A stretch of 64,000 bases of DNA from positions 384,001 to 448,000 of the forward strand of contig CAWBZI010000006.1 in assembly GCA_963793265.1 (NCBI GenBank). The letters are read 5' to 3'. Source of the stretch: an uncultured cyanobacterium (lineage in GTDB: Bacteria > Cyanobacteriota > Cyanobacteriia > Phormidesmidales > Phormidesmidaceae). The notes below the pieces were generated by a model. It made no database searches and had not been told where the DNA came from. It saw only the letters and a list, made by a program, of their open reading frames with translations. Every line of letters begins with the position of its first letter. Position 1 is the first letter of the stretch. Shown here piece after piece: positions 28,570 to 38,358 of this stretch. Both the position numbers and the translations under genes were made by a program.

Positions 28570-29817
28570 TCAAGGCGTATCGGGTAGTGCTTCTACACAG
28601 TCTTCAGGCTCGTAGATGACTTCAACGTCAACTTGATACTGAGTAGGCACTTCTGGCTGGCCAAAGTCGTAGTAGTCCAGCGTACTCAGCGCCAGTCGGT
28701 TCAGCGTATCGTAGCCAATGCTCTTAAGCACAGTAATGTTTTCTCGCGACCCGTCAGGATTTACAAGCACGCCAATCCGACCATCTTGAGGCGGATCTTC
28801 TCGGCAAGCTTTGTAGGCAGAGTCTATCTCTATCTCTGCGGTACCCTCAGCAACCGTTTCCTTCCCTTCAGCGCTAGCGGTTAACCAATCTTTAGTGCGT
28901 TCCTCAGCCGCTTCTTCTGACACGCCTCTCTCGTCATAAACGATGGTGCCGTTAATGAGCCTAGAGGCATTGCCTTGAGCGGGAGCCGTTGCGATTACCG
29001 GGGGATCTACGGGAATCTCTACAACGGGTTGGTCTATAACAGGCTGCTGGCTGGGTTCTCCATCTGAGAGCTGAGGCAGGCCAGGCTGCTGACCGGGCGT
29101 AGGCGCTGGATTAGCGGCAATTCCAGCTGACTGCGTACCCTGCAAAGCTTCACTAAACCCGCCGCCTTCGGCTGGTAAGACAACACCACCCGGTAGAACA
29201 GGCAGCTCGCCGTTGACCCGATCGGTTGGCAGCGGTGGGGGATTGGATTCAATCGTGCTGGATAGAGGCGGCGGTGAAGGCAGAATAGCAACGGAGGGTG
29301 CTGGCGGGGCTGTTGGACTAGTCGGAACTGTCGTAGTTGGAAAATTTAGTGAAAAAGGTCGGGTGACACCGGCAGGGAGCTGGTTGCCTAAGGGCCTAAC
29401 CGGCTGGCTGGGACGCGTGACGAGTGAGCGGTTCGGCGTGGGTGAGGGGATGGGGTTCGCCGGAACAGTTCTTTTACGAATGGTGCTGTTATTGGGCGTG
29501 TTGGGAATGTAGGAGGGTAAAGAGAGAGAACCTAAACCCGTCGCGCTGGGTGGATTGCGGCGGGGCTGGGCAAAGCTCGGCAGGCGGTTGCGTTCAGCAG
29601 GGCTAAGCTGAACGAGCGGCACGATGCTTTCTTCAGCGCTGGCTTCTTGAGCGGCCTGGTTGAGCCTGGCAAAAGAAACGTTGGTGCTGGGGCCAAAGGC
29701 GATTAAAGCGGCGTGAGCACCGACTGAAAGCAGCACGCCTATGCCCGTGGGGGTGATAACTTTAGTCGTTTTGGCAATGGGGCGTAGGGCTGACTTTAGG
29801 CGGGATGGGATGGCCAT
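28570..29817 (-). CDS. Proline-rich TonB-like protein
   Basis: N-terminal TM with SVGAH (TonB-like SxxxH), long Pro-rich linker, TonB_C-like end (GVLVNPDGS..VLKSIGYDTLNRLAL). Confidence 0.65.
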   Translation of the reverse strand: MAIPSRLKSALRPIAKTTKVITPTGIGVLLSVGAHAALIAFGPSTNVSFARLNQAAQEASAEESIVPLVQLSPAERNRLPSFAQPRRNPPSATGLGSLSLPSYIPNTPNNSTIRKRTVPANPIPSPTPNRSLVTRPSQPVRPLGNQLPAGVTRPFSLNFPTTTVPTSPTAPPAPSVAILPSPPPLSSTIESNPPPLPTDRVNGELPVLPGGVVLPAEGGGFSEALQGTQSAGIAANPAPTPGQQPGLPQLSDGEPSQQPVIDQPVVEIPVDPPVIATAPAQGNASRLINGTIVYDERGVSEEAAEERTKDWLTASAEGKETVAEGTAEIEIDSAYKACREDPPQDGRIGVLVNPDGSRENITVLKSIGYDTLNRLALSTLDYYDFGQPEVPTQYQVDVEVIYEPEDCVEALPDTP

Positions 29818-29944
29818 AGTGAGATGCTAAGGACTTATTTAAGACTATGTTATTTCGGCAGAATTGATTGTGGGGCGCTATGCCAATTTTAGAGATCGAA
29901 TTTTCAGACAAATTTTCAGGCGATGGATTTGAGGGCGCGATCGC

Positions 29945-30724
29945 CTACAGCATCTTGCGCTCTGCTTGCTGCACAATCAGCAAAGAAAAGTAAGGAAGCT
30001 GCAAGTCAGGGCAGCTTTCAAGCCCCCGAAAAACCTTTTGCTCGGTTCTGGTAGCCCTTTCTACCACATAGCTATGTGCCAATAGCTGATGCCGCTCCAA
30101 TATTTTCCACACCTGACGATAAACGCTGCCTACTTTCATCAGCACCACGACCTCAGCCCATTTCAAAGCCTTTTCCAGCTCATTCCCCGGCTCATCTTTC
30201 AGATCATCACTATCTGCCTGAAAGCTGTACAGCGCTGGCAAAATCGCAAGCTTCTCGGCCTGACACGTGAGCGGAATGCCAAGTGCTGCTGCTGCTGCCA
30301 TCGGAGAAGAGACGCCCGCGACAGCCTCTACCTTTACGCCGGGATGCTGCTTTTGTAAGTGCTGAGCAAGATAGGTAAACGTGCCATAAAAACTTACGTC
30401 ACCTTCGCAGGCAAAGGCGACATCGCCTTTTTGTAAGTAGGGCCAAACCATTTCAGCGGCCTTCTGCCAGGCAGCGGATAGCGCTTGCGCGTCTAACACG
30501 TAGGGAAATCTCAGCGCGAGCCGGGTTTGCGAGTCGTTCAGCCACGGCTCAATAATTTGTTCAGCCACGCCCGGTCGGCCTTTAGTACCGGCGGGGAAAG
30601 CCACGACTGGCGAAGACTGTAGGTATTTTAGGGCTTTAAGCGTCAGTAGCTCTGGATCGCCTGGGCCGACACCAAGGCCGTAGAGCGTGCCTGGTGTGTC
30701 TGTAGCGCTAAAGTGCTGTTCGAT
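29945..30724 (-). CDS. cobI: Precorrin-2 C20-methyltransferase
   Basis: The frame extends 5' of the called GTG (30604) through the conserved GTLYGLGVGPGDPELLTLKA; also EGDVSFYGTF, GVSS, LPYFSL. No in-frame ATG/GTG/TTG upstream of that motif; ATC at 30724 follows a GAGG. Confidence 0.9.
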   Translation of the reverse strand: MEQHFSATDTPGTLYGLGVGPGDPELLTLKALKYLQSSPVVAFPAGTKGRPGVAEQIIEPWLNDSQTRLALRFPYVLDAQALSAAWQKAAEMVWPYLQKGDVAFACEGDVSFYGTFTYLAQHLQKQHPGVKVEAVAGVSSPMAAAAALGIPLTCQAEKLAILPALYSFQADSDDLKDEPGNELEKALKWAEVVVLMKVGSVYRQVWKILERHQLLAHSYVVERATRTEQKVFRGLESCPDLQLPYFSLLIVQQAERKML

Positions 30725-30806
30725 GGATAGTACCTCGTCATCGTTTTATGAAGCTTGTATCATCTATCACCTCTTTTGCTTGCGATCGCGTCAAGGTCGT
30801 TAGAGG

Positions 30807-32741
30807 CTAAGCATTATTGTTAGTCGGATTGGGATTGGTTTGTGAGTCTTTGGCTAGCTTTTCTGCTTTTGGTTTTTCTGCTTTTGGCTTTGCCAATTGC
30901 CGTGATGGCTTACGTGCTCCAGATAATCGCTTCATCATCTGAGGCGTTGGATCGTGAATCAGACAGATGAGGGCGCTGTCAGGCTGCCACTCTGCTTCGT
31001 CTAGCACCAGCTCTAGCTTGCCGTTCGTCTCAATCGCTAAAGGCACCGCGTCGCCTGCTCTGATCAGTTTGTTGACGCGATCGCGCTGAGCACTCATATC
31101 ATCTTCAGTATCCGTACTCGTAAACTCGTAGGTCGTTTTTTCAAAAGCATCGTCTGCAATAAAAGTATTCCACTGCTTCACTGGCAGCCGAGGCGTCTTA
31201 ATATCCCCCCGAGTCTTGCTGTCGGCCTCACCCGCTTCGGTACGCGGCAGCACAGCAAACACACGCGGCGGCCCAAACTCCTCCTGAGCCCGCTCAGCAA
31301 TCACAGAGTTAACCTCACCGTTATTCGTAATCGCTAAAAACGTCCCAATCGAGCTAAGCCCGGCCTCTTCCAGCATCTCTTCATTTAGCGCAGAGCCCAC
31401 ATAAGTCGTAAAGCCCTCGGCCTTGGCCTGCTCACAAGCCGCCTCGTCAGTGTCGATAATCACCACCGATTCACCTTTATCTTTAAACAATCGCCCAATC
31501 GTCAGCCCCATTGCATTACAGCCCACAATCACCACCCCCGTAGCGCTGCTAGAGGTAACGCCGAGCAACTGCGCAAAGCTACGCGCGGTCAGCCCTTGAG
31601 CAAACACAGTCATAATAATGGTTAAAAACACCAGCGCCTTAATAGAGTCACCACCGTTGATACCGCGCTCAGTGAGCAAAATCGCGAATAAAGAGGCTAC
31701 CGAAGCCGATACGATCCCACGAGGCGATATCCAGCTCATGAAAGCCTTTTGTCGCCAGTTGAGGTCGCTATTCCAGGTGCAGACCAAAATGTTGATAGGC
31801 CGCACGATTAGCATCAGCACTAGCACCGTGAGCACCGAGCCAGAACCAAGTTCAAACACACTGGCAATGGAAAGATCGGCTGCTAGCAAAATAAACAGCA
31901 CCGACACCGAGAAGATTGTGAGCTGTCCTTTGAACCGTCGCAGCAGTCTTTCTTCAGGAATGGAGATCGCGCGCACGACAATGCCTGCGGCGACTGTGGC
32001 CATCAGTCCAGATTCACCACGCACACTTTGGGCCAAGCCATAAAGCCCCCAGATGCCCGCTAATACAACTAAATTCCTCAGCTCCTCTGAGAGAAAATCA
32101 GCTTTTCGGAGAAAGAAGGCCATCAGCGCGCCGCCAACGCCACCGATTAAAATACCAATGCTCAATCTGGCTAACAGTCCGCCCAGCACGAACGCCGGAT
32201 CGGTATCGCCATTGAGAATAATATCGAGTACGACTACGGCCAAAATTGCCCCGACCGGATCGATCAAAACGCCTTCGCCCTCTAGCAGCGTAGACACCTT
32301 GCGTTCTACACCGACCTGCTTGAGCAAAGGGGTGACGACAGTAGGCCCGGTGACCACAACCAGCGAGGCATACAAAAACGCAATCGACCAAGGGAACTCG
32401 CCCAGCCAGTGCGCGGCAACGCCACCCCCTGCAAGCGTGATAAACGTGCCAATCGTGATCAGATTCCGAAGGCTACCGGATACTTTGCCAATTTCTTTAA
32501 GCTCTAGGCTAAGTCCGCCTTCAAATAAAATTAGGGCAACGCATAGAGAGACAATCACCTCTAAGCCAACGCCTAGCTCCTGCGGAGAGAGCCAGCCTAG
32601 CCCGTCTGAGCCCAGAGCGATCCCAAAAATTAGCAGCAAAATAATGCTGGGTAGTTTCAGGTAGGCCGCGACCACCTGAGCAGTAATACCTGCTAGGACG
32701 GTGAGAACAATTTGCAGCGTAATCTCAAAAGGCGCTTCCAT
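30807..32741 (-). CDS. CPA1 family Na+/H+ antiporter with TrkA_N/RCK domain
   Basis: ILFEGGL, VVTGPTVV, EGVLIDPVG, PRGIVSAS; C-terminal Rossmann-like VVIVGC..IIDTD. Confidence 0.92.
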   Translation of the reverse strand: MEAPFEITLQIVLTVLAGITAQVVAAYLKLPSIILLLIFGIALGSDGLGWLSPQELGVGLEVIVSLCVALILFEGGLSLELKEIGKVSGSLRNLITIGTFITLAGGGVAAHWLGEFPWSIAFLYASLVVVTGPTVVTPLLKQVGVERKVSTLLEGEGVLIDPVGAILAVVVLDIILNGDTDPAFVLGGLLARLSIGILIGGVGGALMAFFLRKADFLSEELRNLVVLAGIWGLYGLAQSVRGESGLMATVAAGIVVRAISIPEERLLRRFKGQLTIFSVSVLFILLAADLSIASVFELGSGSVLTVLVLMLIVRPINILVCTWNSDLNWRQKAFMSWISPRGIVSASVASLFAILLTERGINGGDSIKALVFLTIIMTVFAQGLTARSFAQLLGVTSSSATGVVIVGCNAMGLTIGRLFKDKGESVVIIDTDEAACEQAKAEGFTTYVGSALNEEMLEEAGLSSIGTFLAITNNGEVNSVIAERAQEEFGPPRVFAVLPRTEAGEADSKTRGDIKTPRLPVKQWNTFIADDAFEKTTYEFTSTDTEDDMSAQRDRVNKLIRAGDAVPLAIETNGKLELVLDEAEWQPDSALICLIHDPTPQMMKRLSGARKPSRQLAKPKAEKPKAEKLAKDSQTNPNPTNNNA

Positions 32742-32841
32742 AGGCTACGTGAGCGGCAGGTTATTCGGATCATCAAGCATAGCGCTTTGGGCGATCGCAC
32801 CGTACAACAGGGTCACACAACAGCACTGTAACTAACTTCGA

Positions 32842-33669
32842 CTATAGCGGAACTTCTTCTACGCTATCAGCCGTAAGCTGCCTAGCCGCGCGTAGCATTT
32901 GATAGGGATCGGTCGGTCGGTTATCAGATGGAATAGCGCGATCGCATCTCACGTTAAACAAACAGCGATCGCACAGCCCTTTCTCAATCGCCACTTTAGG
33001 AAAAGCCTGCTCATAGTCGGCCTGCTCACTCATTTGCGTCAGGCTATCGGTAAGCTGCTGCAAATCGCGCTGGGTTTGCTGGTGCTGTTTGGCGCTGTAG
33101 CCAAACTGGTAAAAGCTGGGATCGGTGTCAGGCGATCCCCTCACAAACCAGTACTTCATCGAAAGCTGTTCGGGCCTTAACTCTGTGGTTTCACACAGCA
33201 CATATAGGTATAAACGAGTTTGCCAATCAGCCTGCACCCGTGCCTTCGGCGGCGGACTTTGGTGCGTTTTCCAATCAAATATTTGCCCCCTGCTAGCGTC
33301 GGTCACCAGTAGATCGTAAATGACCGTCAGTAAATAGCCGTTAAACGCCAACGTACGGCGATGCTCACTCTGGCTAAAGGCCGCGTCAGTCCCATCAGTA
33401 GATGCAATAGGCAAATGCTCAAAGACTTCTGGGGCAGCGTTAGATAGCGCCGATAGGCTATCAGACATCTCAGCGTTAGCGCCCGCCATTACCTCTACCG
33501 GCAAATCCAAAGCTCGCTGCTGCATCAGCAGGTGAAACTGTGAGCCCCACTGAGTTGTCGCCTGCTGATCGTAGGTAGCAGGGCCAGAGAGCCCATCAAA
33601 AAAGACGTACCTGAACTTACGCGCGCAGGTGTCGAGCAAAGTGAGATGGCCTTGAGAAAGAGGGCGCAT
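32842..33669 (-). CDS. PD-(D/E)XK nuclease family protein
   Basis: LSQGHL..C.RKF, WGSQFHLLMQQ, YDLL...IFDWKT, WQTRLY, C-terminal CDRC..C. Confidence 0.88.
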   Translation of the reverse strand: MRPLSQGHLTLLDTCARKFRYVFFDGLSGPATYDQQATTQWGSQFHLLMQQRALDLPVEVMAGANAEMSDSLSALSNAAPEVFEHLPIASTDGTDAAFSQSEHRRTLAFNGYLLTVIYDLLVTDASRGQIFDWKTHQSPPPKARVQADWQTRLYLYVLCETTELRPEQLSMKYWFVRGSPDTDPSFYQFGYSAKQHQQTQRDLQQLTDSLTQMSEQADYEQAFPKVAIEKGLCDRCLFNVRCDRAIPSDNRPTDPYQMLRAARQLTADSVEEVPL

Positions 33670-33688
33670 GGTGAATCTGGTGAGTGGC

Positions 33689-34303
33689 TTACTTTGTCAG
33701 CACGAAGAGGCTTCCCTGGTTGCCCCGGCCAATCCGCAGGTCTTTATCGAGGTAGGTAATTTCCAGCCAGCCCTGCTGACGATCTGAATTAATTTCAAAG
33801 TCAATGCCTTGCAAGAGGTTCATTTTCTCGGTTGTCTCTAGCTTGTCGATGTATTGGGACGGCGACTGATAGCCCAGCGCACGTTGCAAGCCGATGACAG
33901 CCCGGTTAAATTTTACGTCTACGCGGCGGCTAGATGGCGTAGTGGAATCGGGCTCAAAAGCCGGTTTAAAGCCAGCCGCTACGGAAACAATGGCCTCGCA
34001 GAAAGGCAGGCTGCTAATTTCAGCGATGTTGTAGATCAGCGACTTTTCGGGCCGAACGCATTGATAGATGTCACCTAGCTGTGCAAGCGGCACTTTATCG
34101 ATCCCCAGTAATTCTTGACTGGTGGTGTAGAGCAATCGCCAGTCGCCTGCGAGGAGTTCGGGAGCTGAAAGGGGATTTGGAGTTGGGTTGAGGTCTTCTA
34201 CGCGGGCAATGAGGCTAGCGATCGCCTGTCGGTCAGTATCACTGGCTGCAATGCCTCGGTTTTTGGATGCGATCGCCGCTCTCAAGTCAATTTTGCTCAC
34301 CAT
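33689..34303 (-). CDS. PAP/fibrillin family protein
   Basis: KNRGI, VEDLNPTPNP..LLAGDWRLLYTTS, GWLEITYLDKDLRIGRGNQGSLFVL. Confidence 0.94.
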   Translation of the reverse strand: MVSKIDLRAAIASKNRGIAASDTDRQAIASLIARVEDLNPTPNPLSAPELLAGDWRLLYTTSQELLGIDKVPLAQLGDIYQCVRPEKSLIYNIAEISSLPFCEAIVSVAAGFKPAFEPDSTTPSSRRVDVKFNRAVIGLQRALGYQSPSQYIDKLETTEKMNLLQGIDFEINSDRQQGWLEITYLDKDLRIGRGNQGSLFVLTK

Positions 34304-34642
34304 TTGTTCACCCTAAGGCAGAAGAAATATATTTTAGAGATTGACATCATTTACTATTCAAGGTAATTAATGCGATGGTAGTGTTAAATTACTGACTTTT
34401 GCGCTGACCTTAATTATTCGATGTCACTCAATCGTTAGAGCAAAGGTGATTAAAAAGTCTTCCTTGCTGTATATTTTCTAGCACTGCTTCTGAAGATATA
34501 CGGATAAACGTCTACAACCTATGTAGGTATTTAGATAATCCATCAGAATTAGCTCAAGAAGATGCCTTGTAGGCACCTGAAGAGCATGTGCTTTAAGTTT
34601 TGCTTCTAAGTTCTCCATTCATTCAGCGTCTATTCAGCCTAT

Positions 34643-34888
34643 ATGAGCAACATTTACAACCCCTCCGTTCGTCAGATTCCTCGGGAAAACCCGGCTGATG
34701 TGATTCCGCTTCAGCAGGACTCTTCTATCCTCAACTGGCTAGAAGGCACCGGCAGAATGATTCCTCGCGAGCCTATCGACAGCGTTGGCGATGAGCCTGA
34801 GCCCGAAGAGCTGGCTGACTTGATGGCAAACGACGATAAAGATGACGATACGGAAGATGATGAAATGTCGCTGGAAGATGACGACTAG
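34643..34888 (+). CDS. DUF3134 family protein
   Basis: YNPS.RQ.PRENPADVIP..SILNWLEGTGRMIPRE plus acidic tail, upstream of mraY. Confidence 0.85.
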   Translation: MSNIYNPSVRQIPRENPADVIPLQQDSSILNWLEGTGRMIPREPIDSVGDEPEPEELADLMANDDKDDDTEDDEMSLEDDD

Positions 34889-35469
34889 GCTAGCGGCTAA
34901 GTCATAGCAGCTAAGCCATAGCGGCAAAAGTCTGCTGAGCATTTTCCATAGCTTTCTGAAGCTTGTAGCGCTAGTTCTTTAGCGCTCACTCTCTGTAATA
35001 CCTGTTTTTGCTACCCGTCAGGTGTCAAGCTTACCGGCTAGTTCAAGGCATCTAATGTTTTACGTCGAGAGTCGAAGCGCTTGGGTTAATAAAAGTATTT
35101 GTCAGCCGCTTGCTATAGGTGCAACAGGCTGGTATTTATTAGGCGACGTTGCAATTCTCAAAAGCATTTTGGGTCATTTCCTACAAGAGAGATGGCTTTT
35201 GCTTATGAAACAGTAAGGTTTGCTTAAATGTTTCTAGGCTGTGGTGGAATATTGTTACGAAATCTGTTCAAATGAGGTAGTTAGGTATATGTACTGACTT
35301 CTTCGTTAAGGGCAAAAATCGCTTCTATTGGGGTTCCCACTTTAATAAAAGAGTCGATAAAAGCGTTGGAAACACTGGCTTCAAGCCCTATATAAAAAGA
35401 ACTTGTTCTTTTGATGTAAAGCTTCAGTGAAATATGGGAAAGGTGTGTGGTAAGTGAAGGGATAACGTT

Positions 35470-36576
35470 GTGGATGCCAGGTTTTCGTCAAAGTCAGTAG
35501 GTCTTTCAGGGGTAAAGCTTTCAGTAATATTAGCCGCTTGCTTACTAGCGTCGGCTATCGGTCTAGATGTTGCGGCTGAGCGTTCGTTTGAATGGGGTGT
35601 AGCAAACATTACGGAGCCTTTGCTGGCTGGAGCGGGGCTCTCTGCGATCGCAGGCTATATTGCACTTCCTATATTAAGGCAGCTAAAGGCCGCTCAGTTT
35701 ATTCGTGAAGATGGCCCCCGTGCTCATCTCAAAAAGGCAGGAACGCCCACTATGGGCGGTATCTTCTTTATTCCCGCTGCGCTAACAGTGGCGCTTTTTT
35801 GGACGGGCTTTTCAGTGCCAGTCATTGCCGTAAGCCTTTTGACAGCAGCCTATGCAAGCATTGGCTGGCTTGATGACTGGCAGGTCATGCGCCGTCGGTC
35901 TAATAAAGGTATTTCTCCTAAGCTAAAGCTGATTTTGCAGATTGGATTTGCGTTTGCTTTTTGCCTGTGGGCTACCACATCAGCGACAGGCCAAGCCGCA
36001 GACATCACTTCAGTTGCACTGCCTTTAGGGCTAACGCTTCCACTAGGAATGCTGTTTTGGCCTTTGGCGGGGTTTGTACTGGTCGCTGAAAGCAACGCAA
36101 CGAACTTGACGGATGGTGTTGACGGACTCATGGGCGGCGCTGGTGCGATCGCCCTCTTCGGTCTAGGCGTTCTCATTGCGCCTAACCACCCCGACCTGAT
36201 GGTTTTTTGCGCGGCACTCAGCGGTAGCTGCCTTGGCTTTTTGGTTCACAACCGCAATCCTGCAAAAATATTCATGGGCGACACTGGCTCTCTTGCCTTA
36301 GGCGGAGCGCTCGCAGCCGTTGGGATCCTTAGCGGCAACCTGTTTGGCCTGCTCATTGTCACCCTGCTTTTCTTTGCCGAAACCCTATCAGTCATCCTTC
36401 AGGTGGGCTACTACAAAGCCACCAAAGGCCCCGATGGCAAAGGCAAGCGCCTCTTCAAAATGGCCCCTTTGCACCACCACTTTGAGCTGTCTGGCTGGTC
36501 GGAGCTACAGGTCGTGAGCGTGTTTTACATCATCAGCGCTCTGCTGATAACAACCGCTATTAGCACCCTGAGCTAG
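35470..36576 (+). CDS. mraY: Phospho-N-acetylmuramoyl-pentapeptide transferase
   Basis: HLKKAGTPTMGG, GWLDD, SNATNLTDGVDGL, FMGDTGSLALG, MAPLHHHFEL. Confidence 0.98.
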   Translation: MDARFSSKSVGLSGVKLSVILAACLLASAIGLDVAAERSFEWGVANITEPLLAGAGLSAIAGYIALPILRQLKAAQFIREDGPRAHLKKAGTPTMGGIFFIPAALTVALFWTGFSVPVIAVSLLTAAYASIGWLDDWQVMRRRSNKGISPKLKLILQIGFAFAFCLWATTSATGQAADITSVALPLGLTLPLGMLFWPLAGFVLVAESNATNLTDGVDGLMGGAGAIALFGLGVLIAPNHPDLMVFCAALSGSCLGFLVHNRNPAKIFMGDTGSLALGGALAAVGILSGNLFGLLIVTLLFFAETLSVILQVGYYKATKGPDGKGKRLFKMAPLHHHFELSGWSELQVVSVFYIISALLITTAISTLS

Positions 36577-36620
36577 AGCCTTCGGCCTACGAGATGCAGC
36601 CTAAAACCTAATTTCCACTT

Positions 36621-36652
36621 AAAAAGGAAGGCACTAATGCCTTCCTTTTTTT
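36621..36652. terminator. Bidirectional intrinsic terminator between mraY and ssrA
   Basis: Perfect 13-bp stem AAAAAGGAAGGCA-CTAA-TGCCTTCCTTTTT. Confidence 0.88.
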
Positions 36653-36714
36653 GATCAAAGCCCTGCAAATAAAAAGGCCCGGCGAGTAGCCGAGCCTAGA
36701 GGTTGAGTTTCGTA

Positions 36715-37107
36715 TGGAGCTGACGGGAGTCGAACCCGTGTCCGCTTCAAGTAATCACGTATCGCTCATTCACAGGTATAGCCTTTCTAACCCTCAAGGC
36801 GGGAGTTTTCCATTATCCCGGAAACAGGATGCTTCGATGAAAGTCTTAGCTGACACGCCCATCGAAGGAAGTTTGCCAGCGCATCCGTTGGGGGTTTAGT
36901 CCGAGCTGATTAACGGAGTCACAGCTACAGACGCTCGAACCTATAAGAGGTTTTTAGGCGGCAGCTACAAGAGCGCGCTTACGAGCAAAAGGTACGATGT
37001 CGTTTGCATGTATCTTTAAGTTTGAGCCTTTATTTACAAGAGTGGGCTCACTCTTGACCTGAATCACAATACGACTTTCGTTAAAACGTCGAAACCGTTT
37101 CAGCCCC
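36715..37107 (-). ncRNA. ssrA: tmRNA (one-piece), tag peptide ANDIVPFARKRALVAAA*
   Basis: 5' end GGGGCTGAAACGGTTTCGAC; 3' T-arm and acceptor GGACACGGGTTCGACTCCCGTCAGCTCCA; tag reading frame 37007-36954. CCA is not encoded. Confidence 0.97.
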
Positions 37108-37156
37108 GAGAGTTAATCAAAAAGTAGACGCATTAGTCTGCGCTTTCGATACATTA

Positions 37157-37162
37157 ATTATA
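37157..37162 (-). promoter_or_regulatory. Probable -10 box of ssrA
   Basis: TATAAT on the minus strand about 50 nt upstream of the mature tmRNA 5' end. Confidence 0.6.
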
Positions 37163-37448
37163 GCGTCTGCATTGTGTGCTTGCACACATCAGCAGCTTTT
37201 TTTATTAGCTTTATTAGCTTTCGTAAACTGAATCAGACAGGTTTTCACCTATAATATTTTCTTAAGCTTAGCGAATTTCGATTGAACTTTTAGCAAATTA
37301 GCCTGTGCTATTGAGCTAATAGTAGTAAGTCGAGGTTTTGCTGTGCAGCCATATATACGCCAGTTAATAGTCCGCCCGCAAATAGACGTTCTGCCATTTG
37401 AGACGTTGTGTGAGGCCGGGTTCCGCCAATAGAAAAAAGGTCAACGCC

Positions 37449-37895
37449 ATGAGCACCAGCAACGACAACGGTAACGACAAAAGCACGCCTAGCTCTCGCA
37501 ATCGGAAGAAAGCGACCAGTGCTGTGACTACCACTGAGAAGAAGGCAGAGTCTGATAGCGCTTCTGAAAATAAGGGTGGCTTAGTCAAAGCGCCCCAGCA
37601 CGACATTATCGAGCTGCCTGACCACACCCGTGCGTATGAGTCAGATTCACTGCCCAACCATCGCCCGATCTCGCTCAGTGAAGTAGATGTAGTCGATTCG
37701 CTTTCTTCTGCGGGTGTGCGTCCAGTGATGTCTAACTCATTTGAGATTGCGACGACTGACTCACTGCCTGGCCACCGTCCGGTGGCTGTAAGCACGCTCG
37801 TAGTTTCTGACCTAGACGTTTTGCCTGGTCATCGCCCCATTGCGAGCAACGAGATTGACGAGAGCCCGGCTATTTTGATGGGCTACTTAGACTAA
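37449..37895 (+). CDS. Hypothetical protein with LP(G/N)HRP(I/V) repeats
   Basis: Start ATG 37449; repeats LPNHRPIS, GVRPVM, LPGHRPVA, LPGHRPIA at about 17-19 aa spacing; ends LMGYLD. Confidence 0.8.
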   Translation: MSTSNDNGNDKSTPSSRNRKKATSAVTTTEKKAESDSASENKGGLVKAPQHDIIELPDHTRAYESDSLPNHRPISLSEVDVVDSLSSAGVRPVMSNSFEIATTDSLPGHRPVAVSTLVVSDLDVLPGHRPIASNEIDESPAILMGYLD

Positions 37896-37973
37896 GCTTT
37901 TAGGCTCAGCGCGGGAATAGCTTTTGAAGTAGCTCGTACACGCTGAGTTTGTACGGTTTGAATATGCATTTTG

Positions 37974-38002
37974 AAAAGGGAGGCGATCGCCTCCCTTTTT
38001 TT
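37974..38002 (+). terminator. Intrinsic terminator: perfect 26-bp palindrome centred on HIP1
   Basis: AAAAGGGAGGCGATCGCCTCCCTTTT followed by further T residues. Confidence 0.82.
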
Positions 38003-38131
38003 GTTTTAGGCTGAAAGTGGGTGCTATACATCAACACTAGGCAGCATCGCAGAGGGTGATTATATAAGCCGCGATAGCGTTTTGGGCAAGTTTAAGGAGA
38101 CTTACTTCAGCCGGTAGGCGTCTTTATTTTC

Positions 38132-38335
38132 ATGAATACAGCTCATAGTACGGACGACGACCGGCTGCTGCTCAGCGAAATATTTGTCTCTGTCGGCATC
38201 ACGTCTACACTCACTAAAGTGCAGCGTGAAGGTCTTAAGCAGCTATTGCTCGAAAACTGCCTGAGCGCAGAGGAATCTGCTTCTGTTGACCGTATTTTGC
38301 GCGCAATTCAGCGCGGCAAGATCAAAGTCGTTTAG
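38132..38335 (+). CDS. Small hypothetical protein
   Basis: 67 aa ending LSAEESASVDRILRAIQRGKIKVV, resembling a widespread cyanobacterial small-protein type. Confidence 0.72.
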   Translation: MNTAHSTDDDRLLLSEIFVSVGITSTLTKVQREGLKQLLLENCLSAEESASVDRILRAIQRGKIKVV

Positions 38336-38358
38336 TTCACTCATCTTCCAAACCAGCC

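Noticed and set aside
32842..33669. PD-(D/E)XK nuclease as Cas4 or a defence gene
   Set aside because: No cas genes, array or defence-island context; it lies among housekeeping genes.
34889..35469. 580-bp gap upstream of mraY as an sRNA, riboswitch or 64-aa ORF
   Set aside because: I could not recognise an RNA motif or a credible coding signal by eye. An Rfam search would be needed.
36577..36714. Genomic island integrated at the tmRNA 3' end
   Set aside because: Only terminators and mraY follow; no integrase, and I saw no duplicated tmRNA 3' fragment in the window.
36714..36899. 61-aa plus-strand ORF
   Set aside because: It is the antisense of the tmRNA gene.
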